Shown here: piece by piece, positions 8,931 to 17,404 of the stretch | Numbering within the stretch: position 1 is the stretch's first letter | Layout: every line of letters begins with the position of its first letter | Virus record (IMG/VR): IMGVR_UViG_3300005573_000126 | Coordinates: 1-49,299 of that record | DNA: 49,299 bases | Strand: one strand, 5' to 3' | Source: a virus | Lineage: Duplodnaviria; Caudoviricetes | The notes under the pieces: model-generated | What the model saw: the letters and a program-made list of their open reading frames with translations, nothing else | The model's database searches: none | Told to the model about the DNA's origin: nothing | Translations under genes and position numbers: made by a program

Positions 8931-9770
8931 ATGAAACAATTGAAAATAACTCGGACAATCACGTCCCGTAACGATTCTATCAATCGTTACTTTAACGAAT
9001 TGGAAAGGATTCCTGTTGAAAATCAGGAGTCTATTTATGAATTGGTGAGAGCCGGAGATAAGGAGGCGATAAACACCCTTATTGCCAACAATCTTCGGTT
9101 TGTTGTTTCTGTCGCAAAGCAGTATCAAAATCAGGGGTTGTCGTTAGACGACCTTATACAGGAGGGAAATGTTGGGTTGGTGGTAGCAGCCCAGAAATTT
9201 GACCCTTCTCGTGGGTTTAAGTTTATATCTTATGCCGTATGGTGGATAAGGCAGTCTATTCTTATGGCTATTGATACCCACAAGAGGCAGATACGTATTC
9301 CCATTAACATTCTTCGTTATTCCGGGAAGGTTGAAACTGAAATTCAAAGGATGTTGTCGGAAAACGAAATACCGACGGTTGAGGATGTAGCAAAAAACAC
9401 TGGGCTAAGTGAAAGTTTAGTCCGGTTTATAATGTACCACAAAACAAGCTATGTAAATTTAGAGGCTTCTATTCACGATGATACGGATAGCAAGGTGATA
9501 GACATTGTCGAAAACAAAAATTCACCAAGTCCGGATGACGAATATCATAGAATAAACCGCAATGAAATGATAATAAAGGCACTCAGCATGTTGTCTGAGA
9601 AGGATGCCTTAATCATCAAAAAGCGGTTTGGCATTTTAGGTGAAGAGCAAAAAAGCATTACAAGCATTGCCAGTGAGTTAAAGATAAGCAATACTGCTGT
9701 AACGACAAGATACAAGAAGGCGATTAAAAAACTGCGCAAATACGATGCGTTAAAGGAGTTTTTGAAATGA
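8931..9770 (+). CDS. phage-encoded RpoD/SigA-family sigma70 factor (Bacteroidota type, no region 1.1)
   Basis: MKQLKITRTITSR N-terminus like the Bacteroidota primary sigma; NLRFVVSVAKQYQNQGL.L.DLIQEGN.GL; FDPSRGFKFISYAVWWIRQSI. Confidence 0.95.
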   Translation: MKQLKITRTITSRNDSINRYFNELERIPVENQESIYELVRAGDKEAINTLIANNLRFVVSVAKQYQNQGLSLDDLIQEGNVGLVVAAQKFDPSRGFKFISYAVWWIRQSILMAIDTHKRQIRIPINILRYSGKVETEIQRMLSENEIPTVEDVAKNTGLSESLVRFIMYHKTSYVNLEASIHDDTDSKVIDIVENKNSPSPDDEYHRINRNEMIIKALSMLSEKDALIIKKRFGILGEEQKSITSIASELKISNTAVTTRYKKAIKKLRKYDALKEFLK

Positions 9771-9903
9771 AGCCTATGTTTTTGAATTTCAATTTTGGCG
9801 CCCACCCTCAGAACCTTATAAGGAAAAATTTTTCCATCCTTTGAACCTAATAAGAGAAAAAGTATTAGATTTGCAACACAGCTTTTCGTTATTTCTGATT
9901 TGG

Positions 9904-9946
9904 CAGGGCTGAAATATCGGGATGATATTCAGCCCTGTGTTTTTTT
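9904..9946 (+). terminator. rho-independent terminator of the rightward early operon
   Basis: cagggctgaa...ttcagccctg stem followed by a T7 tract. Confidence 0.8.
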
Positions 9947-9956
9947 GAGCAAGCAT

Positions 9957-9983
9957 AAAAAAAGCCGGAACAGTGTCCGGCTT
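9957..9983 (-). terminator. rho-independent terminator of the leftward early operon
   Basis: aagccgga-acagtg-tccggctt with an A-run on the + strand (U-tract on the - strand). Confidence 0.8.
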
Positions 9984-10000
9984 CCTTTAAGTATTTTTAC

Positions 10001-10216
10001 TTATTTTTTCTTCGGCAATAAGAACGGTATGAATAGCAGTATTGAAGGGATAACTGCCAAATATCCTTTCATATTAATAGATAACAAAAAGGCGCATGGT
10101 AGCATGATAAGGGCAGGGATTGCCCAAACTGTATTCTTTTTTACCATGATAATTGCCATTATCATCCAAATAAGCAAAATCGCAATCATAGTGTTATAAT
10201 TTTTATTGTTTATCAT
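10001..10216 (-). CDS. small membrane protein
   Basis: Three hydrophobic stretches, basic C-terminus. Confidence 0.65.
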   Translation of the reverse strand: MINNKNYNTMIAILLIWMIMAIIMVKKNTVWAIPALIMLPCAFLLSINMKGYLAVIPSILLFIPFLLPKKK

Positions 10217-10791
10217 ACTGGGATAGGTATTTGAGAATAACCAGTGTCAGTAAATATCATACTATCAATTAGTTGCATTTGCATTAATTTACATGCAGCA
10301 GCAACTTCTTTCGTCATTTGTATATCAGCTTCGCTCGCAATAAGACTACCACCTGGGTGGTTATGTATTATTGCAATAGATGTACTATTGCACAGTATTC
10401 CGTGCTTTATTATAAGCCTGACATCATAAGTGCTTCTGCCAATACCTCCCATACTTATTTTAATTTTCTTTATAACATCCAGACTATTTGATAAATAAAC
10501 CACCCAGATTTCCTCGTGGTCTAAACCCATTAAGTGTGGTTTCATTAAGTTATATAACTTAATGGGTTCATTTATTTGATTAACTTCAGTAAGTAGTGTT
10601 TTGGAAAATTCTTTATAAAACTCTATATACGAATAGATTTTTAAGGCGCTATCATTCTTTATGTTATAATTAGCCTGTAATTCCTCCACTGTCATTTTAA
10701 GCAGAGAGTTTGCTGAGGCTTCTATTTTAGAATAGTCCTCTTCATCTATTATGTTTTTTAAAATTTCTTTCGTCGTTTTCATAAGAAACAT
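10213..10791 (-). CDS. RadC-like JAB domain protein
   Basis: LDHEEIWVVYL, ISMGG, IIHNHPGGSLIASEAD, LIDSMI; N-terminal HhH-like remnant. Confidence 0.92.
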   Translation of the reverse strand: MFLMKTTKEILKNIIDEEDYSKIEASANSLLKMTVEELQANYNIKNDSALKIYSYIEFYKEFSKTLLTEVNQINEPIKLYNLMKPHLMGLDHEEIWVVYLSNSLDVIKKIKISMGGIGRSTYDVRLIIKHGILCNSTSIAIIHNHPGGSLIASEADIQMTKEVAAACKLMQMQLIDSMIFTDTGYSQIPIPV

Positions 10792-10792
10792 A

Positions 10793-11059
10793 TTATATCA
10801 TGTTAATTATTTCATTTTTTTCCTCCGTCTCCAGCTCATAGTCACCGTCATTGACAGTGACTACACCACCCTCCACCTTAATTTTATAAATAAAAATCTC
10901 CGTGTCCGGTATATACCCCCGTGACGGGTTCATATTCCTGTAATCCAATTCCAAATTTGTAAACGCTTCTTCATACGAAGATGCGATTTGTTTGTTTTTT
11001 AACGCATCCAGCAGGTCGTAACCCGCTCTGTGGTACGCATAAAAAATTTTCTTTTTCAT
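10793..11059 (-). CDS. hypothetical protein
   Basis: ORF in a tightly packed operon. Confidence 0.65.
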   Translation of the reverse strand: MKKKIFYAYHRAGYDLLDALKNKQIASSYEEAFTNLELDYRNMNPSRGYIPDTEIFIYKIKVEGGVVTVNDGDYELETEEKNEIINMI

Positions 11060-11070
11060 AGTTGTAAGAT

Positions 11071-11280
11071 TTAATGTTTAATAATTAAGTAAATGAAAAA
11101 TCCCGCCAGTAAAGAAATGGTGGTGATAAGAATAAAGGCTTGTAATGAAAAGTTTTCGATAAATCCCATAAGGAATGTTATAACAAGTACGGCAAGGGGG
11201 GTGTATTTGCTTCGTTTAGCCGTCAAATAGGCCAACCAAAGTGTACTTATAAAAAATAGTAAGATTACAATTGAGTTCAT
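11071..11280 (-). CDS. small membrane protein
   Basis: Three hydrophobic segments. Confidence 0.65.
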   Translation of the reverse strand: MNSIVILLFFISTLWLAYLTAKRSKYTPLAVLVITFLMGFIENFSLQAFILITTISLLAGFFIYLIIKH

Positions 11281-11286
11281 AATTCT

Positions 11287-11454
11287 TCAATTTAAAGAAA
11301 TTTCAGCAACATATCCAACATTGATTAGTTTGGTCGGCAAGCCGGGAAATAGCATTTTAATTACAGCTTGCGCCTCAATCTCATTTTGAGCGACTATCTT
11401 TTTTATTATAGGCTCATCGCCGTACGTGACGGCAAAAGTGCATATCATTTTCAT
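11287..11454 (-). CDS. 55-aa hypothetical protein (not in ORF track)
   Basis: MKMICTFAVTYGDEPIIKKIVAQNEIEAQAVIKMLFPG...; exactly fills the gap between its neighbours. Confidence 0.7.
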   Translation of the reverse strand: MKMICTFAVTYGDEPIIKKIVAQNEIEAQAVIKMLFPGLPTKLINVGYVAEISLN

Positions 11455-11457
11455 ATA

Positions 11458-12111
11458 TCAATTAATTTTATAAATTGTACCATCATCAAAAAATAAGGCA
11501 TCGTGATTATAAATCTCATCAATAATTCCTTCGTCGCTATACCAATAACTAAATTCCTCGGTAAACGTGTTGCTTATTTCTCTAAAGCAAAGCCTTGTCA
11601 AATCGTAAAAGTTATATCGAAAATCGGGATGTTCTAAAAATTTGTATATAGGGCTTAATATATCATCGTCGTAACATACTCCAGTTAAAACTGTATCATT
11701 TGTAAGTATGATACGTGAATGGTAACTATTTGAATATTTACCATTTGCATGTTTATGGGTTGTTATACAAGGATGATATACTGGTCTATCATCAATTGAC
11801 AGGTGACCAAAGTATTTGCCGACGAAGAGTTTGTCTCCAAATCTATTCCATATAGCCTTGGCTAATCTTTCTCCTGTCAGAGAAAGAAAATTATCATCCA
11901 GTTCGATACGATAATCGTTTCGCCACGGTTCTATATAGTCAATATTTCTATAATTTATGCAAAAAAGATTACAAAAAGCCTCAACAGTGTTATCATATTC
12001 AGATTGGTAAAAATAATCACCATCTCTGAATTTTTTTCTGTAGTCTTCAATAGCGTTAGATTTTGCTGTTGAAGATAATTCATCAAAGGGATAAACGTTA
12101 ATTGTTTTCAT
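11458..12111 (-). CDS. conserved-type phage early protein
   Basis: VYPFDELS..AK..AIE N-terminus and acidic Y..SDE.I.D.I....F..DG C-terminus, a pattern recalled from phage/plasmid leading regions. Confidence 0.75.
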   Translation of the reverse strand: MKTINVYPFDELSSTAKSNAIEDYRKKFRDGDYFYQSEYDNTVEAFCNLFCINYRNIDYIEPWRNDYRIELDDNFLSLTGERLAKAIWNRFGDKLFVGKYFGHLSIDDRPVYHPCITTHKHANGKYSNSYHSRIILTNDTVLTGVCYDDDILSPIYKFLEHPDFRYNFYDLTRLCFREISNTFTEEFSYWYSDEGIIDEIYNHDALFFDDGTIYKIN

Positions 12112-12135
12112 AGCTTTATAGTTTTTAGGTTAATA

Positions 12136-12447
12136 TTAAAATGGGCAAATTATGAGAATAATTTCATTTTTATTATTGACAATCTGGTAGTAAATAGCAG
12201 ATTTTCCTTTCAGTTTATCAAAATTTACTTTTATATGAAAGGACGAATATGTACGAATAAAATCTTCGCAATCAATAATTACACCAGTTGATTTTTCTGT
12301 AAAATCATCTGGCGTCATTAATAATTTTTTGCCTACATACTTTGGAATACCTTCCAGGTTATCCCATTTGTGGTATATTGCTATCCCAGATTCAGGGTAT
12401 AACACTATACCTTTCGATGTTTTGGTCAAATCAATTAGACGTTTCAT
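12136..12447 (-). CDS. hypothetical protein
   Basis: ORF with ATGA overlap. Confidence 0.65.
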   Translation of the reverse strand: MKRLIDLTKTSKGIVLYPESGIAIYHKWDNLEGIPKYVGKKLLMTPDDFTEKSTGVIIDCEDFIRTYSSFHIKVNFDKLKGKSAIYYQIVNNKNEIILIICPF

Positions 12448-12674
12448 ATCACTTTTTTTTTAGGAAATATAATAGGTTCGTTAAAATACATTCTTAACGT
12501 TTCTTCCAATTTATCTTTTGATGATATATTTAGAGTAAATATAATTCTTATTTTGTTCGGCGTGTATTTTGTAATATTCACAAAACCTTGCCACACAAAG
12601 GCTTCAAAATCACCTTTTACAAATTTGTTTGAAGCCACATAATTAAATCCGAATTTTAAAAGTATTTGTTCCAT
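12444..12674 (-). CDS. hypothetical protein
   Basis: ORF overlapping both neighbours. Confidence 0.65.
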   Translation of the reverse strand: MEQILLKFGFNYVASNKFVKGDFEAFVWQGFVNITKYTPNKIRIIFTLNISSKDKLEETLRMYFNEPIIFPKKKVI

Positions 12675-13180
12675 GTTAAAAAATATAAGTTAGAATATAA
12701 ACTATCTCCTAATTCATAGAACAGATGCCGGTTTAGTATGATAATTTTATTTTTATTCATAATCACAAGCCGGCTTCCGTTAATAATAGATTGAAGGTAT
12801 TGCAAATAATTCATATCTTCCAATCGGTTAACGTCAATATCTTTAGCGAACATGTATGTATCGCTAAACTTCCTATTGCCATAGCCGGCTATTATGCCGT
12901 TATGAACAATAGCGGTATTTTCGTTAACGGCAATAGGCTGAGTATTAGCAACATCAATACGCCCGTGTGTCGCAAAGCGAAAGTGCAACACAATTGTGCC
13001 GTTAAATTTTTTTCTAAGGTTATAATATTCCTTTATAACCTTATCATTGTTCAGATTTTTGTAAATGTTCAGATGGTCGGAATACCACATCATACCAGCT
13101 CCGTCAGGGTTGTAGGCCGATGCCTGACGAAGTATATTGCGGGATAATGTATCCCGCCTATTTATAATGATTACGCACAT
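12656..13180 (-). CDS. class II glutamine amidotransferase (Ntn hydrolase)
   Basis: N-terminal MC nucleophile, NPDGAG, HFRFATHG, NTQP, VHNGII, SDT. Confidence 0.92.
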   Translation of the reverse strand: MCVIIINRRDTLSRNILRQASAYNPDGAGMMWYSDHLNIYKNLNNDKVIKEYYNLRKKFNGTIVLHFRFATHGRIDVANTQPIAVNENTAIVHNGIIAGYGNRKFSDTYMFAKDIDVNRLEDMNYLQYLQSIINGSRLVIMNKNKIIILNRHLFYELGDSLYSNLYFLTWNKYF

Positions 13181-14132
13181 ATTCTAATAATTTAATAACT
13201 ATATCCGTTTTCCGCAAATCTGGACTCAACCCTACGTATAGCGGAAATGGTTTGTCATAATACGTAAGGTCGTCGGTTATATAGTTGACTGCACCAACTG
13301 CGACAGCCAATTCAGGCAGCCGTGGGCAGTATAAGATATTTTCACCACGTTGCTTCTTCAGCCCGAAAAATACTACCGGAACAGGCAGTTTGAAGTCCGG
13401 TACATCAACAAATACTCCATAATAATCATCTCTATATGAGAATGAGTATTTGTTTGTGATTTCGCTGGCACTCACCCAGTTATTATTAATGGGGTGGTGC
13501 TTATTTTTTGCAGCCTTGTCAATTTCCTGCAGCAAGGTTGCAAAATCATGCTTATTTAAGAAGTGCTTATAATTGTTATATTCTGGCGCAACAGGGTCGC
13601 CAGTCGCCGTCAGGTTATATTTAACAACACTTAAGGCAATCTTGTAAGCCAACTTAAGCGTCAGCTTACACAGTAACGGGGTCGCCAGCCACCCAGCCGG
13701 CAGGCTTCGGTACTCAAATCCGTACCTTTTGGGCTCGATAGCGCTTTTATAGTTGTACCCTCCTCTGGCACTGCCCTGCAGCTTATCAAAAAGGGGGTAA
13801 ACATAGCTATCCATAGCAGCGGCAATCTTATAAGCCTTGCGATGAATAGCAAAGTGGATATGCCCGCCTATTGCGTAAGTGTCGCCCGCAATAGTCAGGC
13901 GTAAGCCCTCCTTGTCAGCCTGCTTAATTATTTTGCGCAGGCTGAAATATACCGAGTTCCAGCTCCCAGGCAATGGGCGTAACTCAGCAACCTTCGGGCA
14001 GCCATCCAACCCGAATGGTTCATTATTATATGGGTCGCTGACATAGTTATCGGCATCAACTACATGCCCATAACTATTCATGAGTTCAACTTCTGGGTCA
14101 GCGCCCATCATTATATATCTTTTTTTGCCCAT
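13158..14132 (-). CDS. phiEco32-like COOH-NH2 ligase type 2 (amidoligase, glutamate-cysteine ligase fold)
   Basis: GADPEV, FGLDG, AELRP, GGHIHF, YGFEYRSLP. Confidence 0.9.
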   Translation of the reverse strand: MGKKRYIMMGADPEVELMNSYGHVVDADNYVSDPYNNEPFGLDGCPKVAELRPLPGSWNSVYFSLRKIIKQADKEGLRLTIAGDTYAIGGHIHFAIHRKAYKIAAAMDSYVYPLFDKLQGSARGGYNYKSAIEPKRYGFEYRSLPAGWLATPLLCKLTLKLAYKIALSVVKYNLTATGDPVAPEYNNYKHFLNKHDFATLLQEIDKAAKNKHHPINNNWVSASEITNKYSFSYRDDYYGVFVDVPDFKLPVPVVFFGLKKQRGENILYCPRLPELAVAVGAVNYITDDLTYYDKPFPLYVGLSPDLRKTDIVIKLLEYVRNHYK

Positions 14133-14156
14133 TCTTTTCTTTGCTTTTTTTTAAAT

Positions 14157-14479
14157 GCCAGCCAGGGGGTTTAGCCCTGACTGGCGTAGGTCTTACGATT
14201 TTTCCATTATCGTGAAGGGTCGGTTATAAGTCCGACAACTACCCTTGCGGGCAACCCGCAGACAGCTCACCGGATGTTACTCCGGCTTCCTTGCATTTTT
14301 ACACCTCCGTCCCTGCGGCGACTTCGGCAACCTTAACACTTTGTGCCAGTTACTGTACTTCGCTGTGCACGCCCGGATAAGGATAGGCTAAATATCTTTT
14401 ACCTCCTGGGCTTCATTACTCCAATCCCCCGACCGCCACTGTCGGGGCATATCGTCATGGGCCGTGGCCGCCCTATATC
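14157..14479 (-). ncRNA. candidate structured non-coding RNA/leader
   Basis: GC-rich (about 55% in the lines counted), no long ORF, at least five hairpins including a GCAA-tetraloop stem with G-U pairs on the - strand. Confidence 0.5.
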
Positions 14480-14659
14480 TTACAGGGTTATCCAACCATG
14501 ATTATACCCCCAGCCGGCATATGCCAATTGAAGGGCCTCGGACACTTCCCGGCGGCTGCGGAATACCCTCCCTTCAAAGGGGTATTCCTTACCACCATTA
14601 ACAACGAAATACGGACGATATCCTCCGTCCACATTTTCAATTTTTACTCTTGTTTTCAT
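14480..14659 (-). CDS. 59-aa first gene of the leftward early operon (not in ORF track)
   Basis: MKTRVKIENVDGGYRPYFVVNGGKEYPFEGRVFRSRREVSEALQLAYAGWGYNHGWITL; A-rich leader aaaaccaaaaaaacaaaagccATG. Confidence 0.75.
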   Translation of the reverse strand: MKTRVKIENVDGGYRPYFVVNGGKEYPFEGRVFRSRREVSEALQLAYAGWGYNHGWITL

Positions 14660-14690
14660 GGCTTTTGTTTTTTTGGTTTTAATTACGATT

Positions 14691-14721
14691 CAAATATACA
14701 TCAACTTTTTCCAGTTTGCAA
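14691..14721 (-). promoter_or_regulatory. strong Bacteroidota-type early promoter
   Basis: On the - strand: TTG (14721-14719), 20-nt spacer, TATATTTG (14698-14691); A-tracts upstream. Confidence 0.75.
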
Positions 14722-14796
14722 GTTTTTTGCGTATTTTTTGCGCACTTTTTTTGAAAAAAGTTTGAACTCGCTGTAAATCAGCAAGTCACAAACGTA

Positions 14797-14815
14797 ATTT
14801 AGAATGATTCTTAAT
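14797..14815. promoter_or_regulatory. 9-1-9 palindrome, Fur-box-like operator
   Basis: ATTTAGAAT-G-ATTCTTAAT (one mismatch from perfect dyad). Confidence 0.45.
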
Positions 14816-14851
14816 AAGTCGTCAAACCAGCTCGCAGAGCGGATTTCAGCC

Positions 14852-17404
14852 CTATATGCATTGCGATATTCTTACGTCGCCTGATATGTGTGATATATAG
14901 CTGTCTTTCAGCAATTTACCAGCTATTTCTATGATGTAATATACATTGCTGTACCCGCTTTTACTGGCTATAAGTGGTTTATCTCCTTTCGTTGCTGTTG
15001 CAATAACGGGATAATAAGGTGTGTAGTCGTTTAGACTTCCGTATATAGCCATTGCGACGATGTTGTTGCCGGAATCTAACAGTCCGTTAACGGTTATATG
15101 CGAGAGGTGTTTATTAACCCCGTCGCTGGATATTTTGACAGGTAACGTCAGGATGTAGCAGTCCGTAGGCTCGTCGTAATCTTCTGTGGTCAGGTCGTAT
15201 ATTTTGCCGTTATTTATTCCGTGAGGTTTATTGCCGTACATTATTATATGGTAGGTATCCGTCCGCTTATACCACATTCTCGTCTCAACGTTGTACACCA
15301 ACGAGTAGTTGTAATCCGGATTGCAGATGATTAGCTCATTGTACGTGTCGTCAATTATCAGCTGTCCGTTATCTATCATTGACAGATAGTCGTTATCATT
15401 GCTCAGATAGCCGACTATTGCCGTCAGGTTAGTCGTCAGCTTGTCGTGTACTGCGCCGGTTATTCTGTTACCTTTAGTTATTCCGGCAATGATTTCCTGC
15501 ATAGCTACCGATCGCCCTGACTGCCATAACTGCAACCCACGGTTGCTATTATATATTATGTATCCCTGCCCCGACAGAGTTGGCCCGGTTATGCCCGGTT
15601 CACCGCCTATAGCTACATTTCCTTGCGGATAGCCTTCGGCAGATAACTGCACGGCTACCAGCCCGTTAGTTGTTATTACAATAATTGGGTGCGTTCCGTG
15701 AGGTTCGGTAGCCAATGGTGACGTATTGATTCCTATGCCAGTCACCGTGCCTGCCAACGACAGCCTGTAAGCAGGAGGCGCAACGAGCGGATTATCAATG
15801 TTCGTCACCGCAACGACGTTCTGCAATGGGTGGGTGATGTCAGGTGCGTACCCCGCATGTGGGAATCCTGACAGGTCGGTTCCTATTTGGGTGTAAACAT
15901 CCCTTTGATTCAGGGATGGAATATCTACGGTATCATTTTCGTTATGGTCTAAAATACCGTAAGCCAGATTCAGGAATGGGTGTTGGTACAGGGTATAAGA
16001 TTTAATGATATAGTAGTTAGGGTCGTTATTAGGTTTAACGACGACGTTAATTTTGTATGCGTTTACATGGGGGTAAGAGATGATAAGGGGCAGGTATAGG
16101 ATATTTGAATTTATGCTAAAGGAGGAGCGGGTGATGATAGTACCGGCGCTGGTACGGATGAATGTATCGAGTGATATTTGGTATGTAGAGCCTGAGAAGT
16201 TGAATGGGGAGAATACAGTGAGTGGGTATCCGTTATAATATTTGACAGTGATATTACCGTGCCAGATAGCGGAGTTATAGACGATAGAGGTTTTGGAGTG
16301 TAGTTTATGGAGGGAATTAGGGTCAACCTGAATCATTTCGAGGGCAGACCAAGTATTGAATTTAGGCAGGGTAATTTGTTTGCCGTTGGTAGTAGAGAGT
16401 TCTTCGAGAGGGATAGAAAGGATTTTAAAGAGTTTATTTTCTTGGAGGAGTTGTTTGAATTTATAAGGTTGGTGATATGATTCTATTTCTTGGTTATTGA
16501 TTTGTGGGTATTTACCGGAGGAGTTGAATTTAGATTTAGGTTCGGAAGCCCAGATGGTGACATTTTTGATAATGTTTTTGTAATTATTTTTGAGAGTAGA
16601 TATTTCGTTATTAAAGGTAGCAGGGATGACGTAGAATAGTTGAGCTGGGTCGAGGTTACGGATGCGAACGTAGTATTGAGGTTTGCCTTTGACGAGTTTA
16701 GAGTCCTTGACGTGATATACGTCGTTTGAGTTCCCGGCGTAAATAGTTCGTAAGGGGGAAGGTGAGACGTGGGTGCCGTCGTATAGTTCGTATGTAATGA
16801 CATATGAGATATAACCTTCGACGAGGTTTTCATTTTCGTACCATTCTTGTAGTTTGGTAAAGACGGCTGAGTTGATGGCGTTGATGTAGTCTTCGTGTTC
16901 GCTTTTGTCGGTAACGTTGACAGAAATCTGACCTTTGTCAATCATATTAGCTGTGAAATACAGGCAGATGGGGTCAGGGAGGGATGGTATAAAGCGGTAG
17001 GAATTTATTTCGGTGTCGAACCAGATATAAGAAGTATCCTTGTCGGTATCGTTAAATATGACGACCATATTCCCGACGTATTGGAATCGTACTTTCTTGT
17101 TGGTATATATGTATGTGACTGGTGTAGGTTCGCCGGTAGAAGTATTGATAATGTCAACATAACCGGTATCGGAGTTATAACCGATGAGGTTTGTTGAGCC
17201 ATTAGGCAGGTTATGGGCGAAAAAGGTATAATTACCGGAAGGTACTTTGAGGCCGGTATCATGTTTTTTACCGACCGGTTGCCATGAGCCGTTACGGTTA
17301 CGGAGGTTAATAATTTCGGCACAATATACGTCTGGAGCGACATTTTCCGGTATATTGTTAGCCATACCTTTTAAGGTAAACCGATATTGATTATTTGTTT
17401 TCAT
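14852..17404 (-). CDS. tail tubular/nozzle (stabilization-type) beta-propeller protein
   Basis: 850 aa, beta-rich; N-terminal KGM......PD..C.EIINLR...G..QPV typical of podovirus nozzle/gp10-like proteins; D..YNELII.NP. Confidence 0.65.
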   Translation of the reverse strand: MKTNNQYRFTLKGMANNIPENVAPDVYCAEIINLRNRNGSWQPVGKKHDTGLKVPSGNYTFFAHNLPNGSTNLIGYNSDTGYVDIINTSTGEPTPVTYIYTNKKVRFQYVGNMVVIFNDTDKDTSYIWFDTEINSYRFIPSLPDPICLYFTANMIDKGQISVNVTDKSEHEDYINAINSAVFTKLQEWYENENLVEGYISYVITYELYDGTHVSPSPLRTIYAGNSNDVYHVKDSKLVKGKPQYYVRIRNLDPAQLFYVIPATFNNEISTLKNNYKNIIKNVTIWASEPKSKFNSSGKYPQINNQEIESYHQPYKFKQLLQENKLFKILSIPLEELSTTNGKQITLPKFNTWSALEMIQVDPNSLHKLHSKTSIVYNSAIWHGNITVKYYNGYPLTVFSPFNFSGSTYQISLDTFIRTSAGTIITRSSFSINSNILYLPLIISYPHVNAYKINVVVKPNNDPNYYIIKSYTLYQHPFLNLAYGILDHNENDTVDIPSLNQRDVYTQIGTDLSGFPHAGYAPDITHPLQNVVAVTNIDNPLVAPPAYRLSLAGTVTGIGINTSPLATEPHGTHPIIVITTNGLVAVQLSAEGYPQGNVAIGGEPGITGPTLSGQGYIIYNSNRGLQLWQSGRSVAMQEIIAGITKGNRITGAVHDKLTTNLTAIVGYLSNDNDYLSMIDNGQLIIDDTYNELIICNPDYNYSLVYNVETRMWYKRTDTYHIIMYGNKPHGINNGKIYDLTTEDYDEPTDCYILTLPVKISSDGVNKHLSHITVNGLLDSGNNIVAMAIYGSLNDYTPYYPVIATATKGDKPLIASKSGYSNVYYIIEIAGKLLKDSYISHISGDVRISQCI

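Noticed and set aside
9767-9844. 25-codon ORF overlapping the sigma stop, and the 9900-10199 + ORF
   Set aside because: The first is too short to support; the second crosses both terminators and is antisense to a membrane gene
14157-14490. tmRNA, RNase P, hammerhead or group I intron identity for the structured region (AAGATATAG near 14482-14474 on the - strand)
   Set aside because: No tRNA-like ends, no GAGGAAAGUCC, no CUGANGA/GAAA core and no matching P7 partner found by eye
14498-14776. 92-aa + strand ORF
   Set aside because: Antisense to the better-supported 59-aa gene and runs through its promoter
16111-17343. Alternative-frame minus-strand ORFs (16111-16326, 16483-16941, 17005-17343) as overprinted genes
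   Set aside because: S/T/P-rich, non-globular products explained by G depletion removing TAG/TGA stops
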